Shown in pieces: positions 44,670 through 64,000 of a stretch of 64,000 nt of DNA. The position numbers and the translations under genes were made by a program. Below the pieces are notes generated by a model, which made no database searches, was not told where the DNA came from, and saw only the letters and a program-made list of their open reading frames with translations. The first letter of the stretch is position 1. Each line of letters begins with the position of its first letter. The DNA comes from Amoebidium appalachense (taxonomy: Eukaryota > Protista > Ichthyosporea). Location: NCBI GenBank assembly GCA_963693365.1, contig CAVNZM010000016.1, positions 1,099,631 through 1,163,630 on the forward strand, written 5' to 3'.

Positions 44670-46446
44670 ACGGCAACAGCTGATTGGCTGGGATAAAATG
44701 CCGTACTTTGATTGGTCACCGAAAATTACTCCTTCATTTTTGCATACGTTTCCCGACATGAGAAAATGAATGCAAATAGTCAGTTTCTATAATAGCTTAT
44801 GCTGACATGAATGCAGATTGGATTTTTCTATTCTAAATGGAAATGGATAGATATGTCTCGCTAGTGGTTGGTGGGTGGTTTTTATCTGTATTTTAGGCTT
44901 TTTTTTTTTTTTTTTTTTTTTTTTTGAAATTTCACATTTACGTTGTGGTTGCTGGCCCGTACGGGTGACCATCCAAAATAAAACACAGGATGCGCTCTGT
45001 GAGCCAAAAAGAAAAAAATAGCCTCGTTGCCGCGTACTTCTATCGTGTGTCGGTGATATGTAAAATCCCCCCCCCCACACACACACACACACACACGATT
45101 GGCTTGAGAAACACATCACTACAAAATTCTAGCGCACGCGCACACAAACACACACACACTCACACTCACACTCACACACTCACACACTCACACACAACCA
45201 GCTGATACCGAGTGTCCCAGGGGAGCCCCTTTAAAAAAAAAAAAAAAAATTAAAAAAAAAAAAAACGGGGAACCCCAACTAATTGATCTCTCCTTGTAGT
45301 CTTTATGGTGTCTCGTAGAGAAAGTAAACCCTGATATATAGTCATCACCCGACATCTATGTACGTGATCATGATATACCGCTGAAGGGATATTCCGAGCA
45401 AAACCCCCCCCATACCTGAGACTGGTTTCTCTTTGCCTCGAGTAAACAGCGTAAACCCCCACACACACATGTCCCACTCCACTCCCACCCTGCTCGTCTC
45501 TGATGAAGGCAGATGGCACACCAAGCTCAAGAAAGCTGGATGTGTTACAGTGAGTGTTGTAAGCTGTGTGTCCTCTTTCTGCAAAATCTGCATGTGTACT
45601 CCTCATAATTAGCATTTGCACCTGTCTTCCCCCCCTCCCCCCCCCCCAGTGTGTGCACATATAACTGTGTAGTGTGTGTGTATGTGCGTGCGCTTGTGTA
45701 CACATGTGTGTGTGATCTGCACAGAAGCTTCAGGAGCTTTCTTTCTTTCGTACGCACATGTACACACGCACATTTATCCATTGCACACACACAGTCAGGC
45801 AACCCTTTTTTTTCTTCTATATTCTCAGTCACTGACTACATACCGTGTCAGTGAGCGTAGTTTTGCATGCACATGCATGTGCGCAAACGGTACTTTTGAT
45901 GATCGAAAGCAAATGTACGAGTGCAACCCGGCCCCACAACTTTCCCCTTTTGATAATCATTGCATTTTTCAGCTCGATATATCCTGCGTAAATCCATCAG
46001 AACTTTTTATAAATTAACACCTCTCGAACATTCTTGGTAAGAGATTTTTGAATTTGAAATATGGGGAGGGGGAGGAGTAGTATATCGACATTCCCCTGGT
46101 GGTAACCCCCTCCCTCGGCCCCCCCCCCCCCCCCCCCCCCTTTCCCTCCTGGAGGGGATGGACCCACTTGGCCGAGTGGCTTTGGTTCCCCCCCCCCCCC
46201 CCCCCCCCCCCCCCCGCATGCGCGACGTGATCCGGGTATATTAGAGTCTCTTTTTCACCCACCAAAAAGATTGAAGTAATCGTTACTTTTTTTTAATTTC
46301 TTTTGGAGCATTATAACCTCCGTTTTGGCAACTAACGCATATCCGTCCCCCCCTCCCCCTCCCTCTCCCGGGCCCCCGCCACACACACACACACACACAC
46401 CATACACACACACACACACCGCGCGCGCGCGCTTGCCCGTACACGT

Positions 46447-46488
<42 letters not shown>

Positions 46489-46786
46489 GGAGGGGGAGGA
46501 CGGGGGGGGGGAGGGGGGGGGGGGGGGGGACCCACCTGTGCAAAATGGAGGGCCCCCCCCCCCCCCCCCCCCCCCCCTCCCCCCCCCCCCCCCACTCACC
46601 CCCTCCGGCCATGCATAGCAGGGGGAGGGGGGAGGGGGGAGACCCATCACCCACCTGAACAATGGTGGGTCCCTCCCTGGGAGGGGGAGGACGGGGGGAG
46701 GGGGGAGGGGGGGGGACCCACCTGTTCGTAGTGGAGGGTGCCCTCCCCCCCCTCCCCCCCCCCCCCCCGGCCCCCCCCCCCCCCCG

Positions 46787-46822
<36 letters not shown>

Positions 46823-47701
46823 GGCCCAAAGTTGCTACTACCCTTCTCCCCGTTTCAAATCAAGAATCCAGAGCAATATAATTGCATAATGATTTTCCTT
46901 GTTTGATTATCTACACTTTCCTCCTGTACCCACTTCTAAGATGTGGAGGAGTGACATGGTTCAGAGTCACGGTTATATATCAGAAGAATAGTAAACTAAA
47001 CGGCGCCCCCGGTAAGTTCCTTGCAAATCGCTGATGACACTGTAATATGATGTTTTCATAACCATAAAAACTTAAGTGGAACTTTTGCAAGTGAGTAAAG
47101 TTTCGATCGAAATGAGGAATGCCCGTATATCCAGACAGTACTCTACATGAGTACATAGTCAAACCAGAGCACAGAAAAGAAAAAACCAAGAACCATTTAA
47201 AACAAAGAAATAAGACGAGAAGGAAAAGCAGAGGAAAGGGAGTACCCTTTAAGAAACCTTTACATACACCCCCGTATCGTTATGAGAACTGTCGGAGATC
47301 ACATATGTATATGCAAAAGAGTGAAAAAACAAAAACCAATTTGAATTAATAATTAAATAAAAAAAAGAAAAGGAAAAGGAGAAGGAAAAGGGCCAGGGTC
47401 CTTTGAAAAACTTTTACACACACCTAGTATATAAAATTTGAAAATGTACGGTCGATGATGATACCACATACACATATGCAAAGAGTGATATACACAACAT
47501 GCTCTGTCACATTGTTGTAAACAGAGGGCCACCACTGTACCACTCATATAAGCTATCAATCACTTATCTATTTTGGCTCCCGGCATACCTTGCGCTGCCG
47601 CCGAACCTAATTAGAATGCTGTTCTGTTGGAAATAAAGAGCAAAGAGCACCATATAATCCCCCCCCCCCCCCCCCCCCCCCCTCCCCCCCCCCCCCCCCC
47701 C

Positions 47702-47742
<41 letters not shown>

Positions 47743-47916
47743 ACAAAAAAAAGGGGGTGCCTATAAATTTGAAATGGATGAAACCAAGGAGAGGAAAAAG
47801 ACTGTAGAACAGCAAATTGAGTGGAAATTGAAACACGTTCCATGAAGAATGGTGCTGAACGAGGCCTTTTTTGGTTTGTGTGTGCACGTGAATGTGCGCG
47901 TGTATGTGTGCATGTG

Positions 47917-47985
<69 letters not shown>

Positions 47986-50123
47986 ATGCGTGTATGTGTC
48001 AACGTGTGTGTTCGTGCGTGCGTGCGGGTGGGTCTGTGCGTATGTGTGTATGAGTTTGTGTGTGTTTGGTGGTGAAGGGGGGCGGGGGGCCCCGCGTGGG
48101 GCGGGGGGGGGGGGGGGGGGGGGGTGAGGGGGCAGCCTGGAAAAGAAATTAATATGAATTTCAAGATATAACTACGGCAATTTTAGGAACTCTCACTAAA
48201 AATTAAAAATAAGCAAGAAATGACCTACAAAACGATGCCCACTTGTGGCTTTGAGGCACAAAAACAAACCTCTTATATAGGAAAACTCGTGCGAGGTCGC
48301 GTTTTTAAGCAGCTGCCCACAAAACTTTGACTGAACCTATGTATGGGAAAAACCAGTCCTTTTAAAGTCTCTATGCATGTGGATTCACAAAAACACTAGA
48401 AGACCACCTGTTGGTAATTTGGCGAAAAAAATCCAGTTTTATCAGGACAAATAATAAGGTGGCACTCCTGTAATCAAAGGACAAACTCTAAATATTGTGC
48501 ATGTATTTCACTAAAGCTCAACCAAAACACCCCGGCTCTACTACTCTCTCAGCGATAACTTGGCCCTGATTGACACCACACGGCATGATTCAACACGTCT
48601 GTAGTTTTTCTCTATTTCTCTAAATGTGTGCTGCGCTGCATACATAGAAAGAAAGTACGAAACTGAACTTAAAATTCTTAGTATACAGGGGGAGGGGATA
48701 CGGGTATGTGTACATGCCCATAGGGTCACCTTCACTATTGTCATTTTAAACAGAATAGCCAATCCGAGAAGTTTCCACTAATAATTTAAACGTAACAAAA
48801 ATTTTGAATGGTTCGATATCTTGATTAACGATCGTTAAACTTAAATGTCATGAGTGCACGTTAGGGCCCGGCAGAATCACATGCGGCCAGCGCCGCTGTC
48901 ATTAGCAAGGTTGCCTCAAGTTTTTTTGGGCCGCTGTAAACCAGAAAGATAACATATAGAGTACCCTTTAAATAAATGTTCATATCATTATAAAGGTTTT
49001 CGAATTAAAACCGTAAATACATATTATAGGTTAGTGTAAGTAAAGGATTTGTATCTATTGTATCTATTTTTTTGTAGGGCTGCGGGCAGCAGCCGTACGC
49101 GTCTGGTTGTAAAGTATCCTCACGGACACTTCAGTGTAAAGTGTATGTGTATGAGTAAACGGGGTTCACTCTCTGGCCGCAGCATTTTGTGTGTTCCAAT
49201 CAACACAGAAGAGGCCATAAGTTTCTACCGAACTCGCCACTATGTCCACTCACGCGAGTCTCACCGTAGTTCGTTTCCAAGTAACCGAAACATACATAAT
49301 TGAATCAAAAACTATCAAGAATTCCATTGGCATTTAAAGCCAGTGCTTTCATCGATCTGCGATTTAGAAAGTTTTCATTGGCCGAAATCAACAATCACTT
49401 CTGTGATTGGCCAAAGACGTTTTTGGCCTCTTTTGATTGGATCGCCGGATGGCCCCAAACTGTCCCCAAACGTGATCCTGCAAAAAAGAACATGTATTCG
49501 TAGAACAAGAGTTTTAAGTTTACTCCTGGGCCGGGGAAGTCGCGCTAATATTTCCATTAGAGTAACCTTGCCAATGCGCCAATCATATCGCCGCGCGGCG
49601 GACGCGCGACCTAATCGCGCGATTGATCACGTGCGCGGCGCCGCCGCCCGCTCAGCCGCTCAGTAAAATTGGTAAACAGGGATCGCACTACGCATTCCTG
49701 CAGGCCCTTAGTGCGAGCTTCGACATCCATGTTTCTTCTTGGCTATCAACAGGCCCGTCTGAACCACCCAAATGTGTGCCTTGAGGTTTTCGTGTATGCA
49801 ATAACGCGAAAGGTAGCCCTACGTGACTGAGCTCGAGCGAGCCAAAAAAAAAAAAAAAAAAAAAAAAAAGATTTATATGAACTCCGGGGTTATTCAATGT
49901 ATGACTATATGTGTGTTTTATTTTTCAGTTCTTGGCCGATGTGTGCGAGCGTATGTTCATCATCCGTTCCTCGCATTACTAAAAGTGATCAGTCGAATTG
50001 GTTGGGTGTTGAAAGGCCACCAGGTGTGAGTGAGCGCGCGCGCGCGCACGTCACACACACACACACACACTCTCTCTCTCTCTTTCTCTCTCTCCCTCTC
50101 TTCTCTCTCTCTCGCTCTCTCCG

Positions 50124-50154
<31 letters not shown>

Positions 50155-50349
50155 CTCTCTCTCTCTCACTCTCTCTCTCTCCCTCCCTCACTCTCTCTCC
50201 CTCCCTCTCTCTCTCTCTCTATCACACCTCTCTCCCTCTCTCTCTCCCTCTCACACACACACACTCTCTCTCTCGCTCTCGCTCTCGCTCTCGCTCTCGC
50301 TCTCGCTCTCCTCTCTATCTCTCTCCTTCTCTCTCTCTCTCTCCCCCTC

Positions 50350-50380
<31 letters not shown>

Positions 50381-50388
50381 TTTCTCTC

Positions 50389-50423
<35 letters not shown>

Positions 50424-50854
50424 CTCTTCCTCGCTCGCTCTCGCTCTCTCTCTGTCTCGCTCTCCTTCACACACACACTCTCCACCCCCCGCTCCCCCCC
50501 CCCCCCCCCTTCTCTTCTCTCTTTCTCTCCACTTCTCTCTTTATCTCACTCCGCTCCCCCCCCCCCCCCCCCCCAACCCCCCCTGTCTCCTCTCCTTTTT
50601 CTCACTCTCCCTCTCTGCCCCTTTCTGGTGTGTGTACGAGCGTTTATTGTGCTGTACATTGGTGCATGTAGGCACCTATGTGTCTCTGCTAGTGGTGGGG
50701 TGGGTGTGGCAGTGGGTTGGGGGGTTGGGGGGAGGGGGGAGATATTGAGCGTGACACTCCCACACCCATATAATAGCGCAACTACCCGTCCATACTGTAC
50801 ATCCCGGGCGGCAGGGTTCACTGACACAAACACAAACCGTACGGGAAAAGGGAG

Positions 50855-50902
<48 letters not shown>

Positions 50903-50979
50903 AAAAAAAAAAAGAAACAAAGAAAAGAAAACACAAACACTTGCACGTACGCACACACTGAAAACCAGGGTGTGTATAC

Positions 50980-51600
50980 TGTAATACTATGCCCTAGTTA
51001 ACATATGCAGGCTAGAAGAAGAAGCACGTAAGTATAGAGACAAGAAAGCGGGTGCTACAGCTAGTCTGACACCGCATGACTAGTGTAACGTTTACTCGGA
51101 CACACAGCCCCGCCCAAGTGACCCAAGTCTGGAATGTACCAGCCTTTTATAGTCCCTTGGTTTCCGCCGGTCCGGAGAGCACTGCTGGCATACTTTTGTA
51201 AGGTGACAGCCAATAGGCATGTGGCCCTACTTAAAATAAAGTACATGACATATACATGAGTATATGAGCTTCTCCTGGCCCAGGGAGATCATAGTCTAGA
51301 TTCAAGTTATACTACAGTGCTACATGTGTATGTCTAGTGCCCAATGAAGTGTCTACGGCACACAGTGTGTGCCGTGCACCTAAGATACATGCTGGCAAAG
51401 TGTTCACGTTCTTTGCATCGCTCCTAACTGCATACTTAAGGTGCAGAGCAACTGCCCTAATACAGCTAAAAGTGATGCAGCCGATTGGTCGCTGCTTCCG
51501 AGGCTCTATTCCAGCCTCTGCCGAGAAGACACAAAGGCACGTAGACTGGTTGTGGGGGAACAGCACGGTGTGCACGTGAATGTACACAACCATGTCTACA
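50980..51600 (-). mobile_element. 3' LTR of a Ty3/Gypsy chromovirus (about 621 bp)
   Basis: TGTA...TACA termini; polypurine tract AGGGAGGGGGGGG on the minus strand (51601-51613) abuts the TG; internal TATAAAA (minus, ~51145-51151). The distal end at 50980 is inferred. Confidence 0.7.
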
Positions 51601-51669
51601 CCCCCCCCTCCCTAGGGGCAACGAAGGGCAACTGCACCGAGTGCCCACATGCCCTGCCCTTAAGGGGGA

Positions 51670-51918
51670 TCAACCTTTACATCTGCGTTTGCGCACATGC
51701 TGTTGGGTGCCCTTGCGCTGATTTTTGATTGGCTCCTCACTGGGGGGCCGAATCACTTGCTGCAAATAATCAGCTAAGGCACCCGAGGCCGACTCAGACA
51801 AGTTTGCATGTGACTCCCACGAATCATCGTTGGCCTTAAACCCCTTCCAGCGAACTTTGTAGAGGGCGTGACCATTTTCCCATTTATGGTCAATAATCTT
51901 AGCCACTTCCGCGGTAGT
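51670..51918 (-). CDS. Chromodomain at the C-terminus of a Gypsy pol/integrase (5' part interrupted)
   Basis: TAEVAKIIDHKWENGHALYKVRWKGFKANDDSWESHANL matches the chromodomain consensus (YxVxWKGY..xxTWE..xNL) and is followed by a PPT and LTR. Confidence 0.82.
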   Translation of the reverse strand, partial: TTAEVAKIIDHKWENGHALYKVRWKGFKANDDSWESHANLSESASGALADYLQQVIRPPSEEPIKNQRKGTQQHVRKRRCKG

Positions 51919-51921
51919 TCG

Positions 51922-51955
51922 GGGGCCCAGTCTAGTTATTTCATCTCGCCCCCTC
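51922..51955 (+). repeat. Left terminal inverted repeat (degenerate second copy at ~52011-52045)
   Basis: GGGGCCCAGTCTAGTTATTTCATCTCGCCCCCTC is the exact reverse complement of 63960-63993. Confidence 0.95.
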
Positions 51956-52346
51956 CTCCCTTCTTCTTTACTACGCTCATAGGGTAGGGAGGTGTAGATT
52001 CTACATAGTTGGGGGTGGTCTAGTTATTTCTACTCGCCCCTCCCCTCTCTTCTTCTATTCTAGGCATGTAGGGTAGGGAGGGGTAATTTTAGATGTAGGG
52101 AGGAGATTCTTGGATGTAGGATATCCCTAGTTAGGTTAGTGGCTCTACTCTTACTTGAAGCCTGTAAGGTTGAAGTGGGTAGCTCACTATGTGGGTGAGA
52201 GAAGAAAGGGAAAGCACAGGTAATAGAAGAAAGAATACCATATATGAATAAATAACAAGCTAATGATAAAAGGGAGAACAGTACTAATCTTACAGCTATA
52301 GTACCATAGCCTCTCACGAGGGAGAGGAAAGTTTTAATTAAATAGA

Positions 52347-63635
<11,289 letters not shown>

Positions 63636-63959
63636 CTTTGTTCTTTCCTACTAATTGAGTAATTACGACACTCTAAATCTTAGAGAGCCAGTTAAAGTCC
63701 CTTAAGAGCAACCGCTCGTGGAGTACTTGCACCTACTCATTATAATTATGCTTTCCTATTCTTTGAGTACTATGTTAATAGTACTTTTCTTTATTTACAT
63801 GGCTTTTCTACTCATGTAAAAATAGATTTTTAAAAATCCCAATTCATAATCGGCTAAAATTACAAAATTGACGCTTTTTTGTATTTTAGACATCTTCTGT
63901 ATTTAGGATTTTTATTTTCATCTTATATCGTGACGGAAGCTTGGAATAAGAGTAGAGAA

Positions 63960-63993
63960 GAGGGGGCGAGATGAAATAACTAGACTGGGCCCC
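63960..63993 (-). repeat. Right terminal inverted repeat
   Basis: GAGGGGGCGAGATGAAATAACTAGACTGGGCCCC. Confidence 0.95.
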
Positions 63994-64000
63994 TCGGCCC

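Overview
Eukaryotic nuclear DNA rich in simple repeats (G/C homopolymers, (CA)n, (GA)n). Almost all ORFs in the supplied track are low-complexity artefacts. Four nuclear genes are supported: a spliced MEAK7/TLDC1-like TLDc gene (-), an intronless TauD/TfdA dioxygenase (-), and a head-to-head pair of ribosome-biogenesis genes, DDX54/DBP10 (-) and PA2G4/EBP1 (+). The introns of that pair hold three C/D snoRNAs with an 18S rRNA guide, four candidate H/ACA snoRNAs, a TIR element, and many 5'-truncated copies of a structured retroelement that ends at poly-C tracts. The last 12 kb (51922-63993) is an apparently complete linear mitochondrial chromosome. It carries cox1 (16 exons, 14 group I introns, 1 group II intron, LAGLIDADG ORFs, UGA=Trp) between 34-bp perfect terminal inverted repeats. 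It is flanked by a 3-bp TCG duplication and sits inside the pol frame of a chromodomain-bearing Ty3/Gypsy element. This architecture suggests an Amoebidium-like ichthyosporean (inference). Exon coordinates were read by hand and homopolymer lengths may be unreliable.
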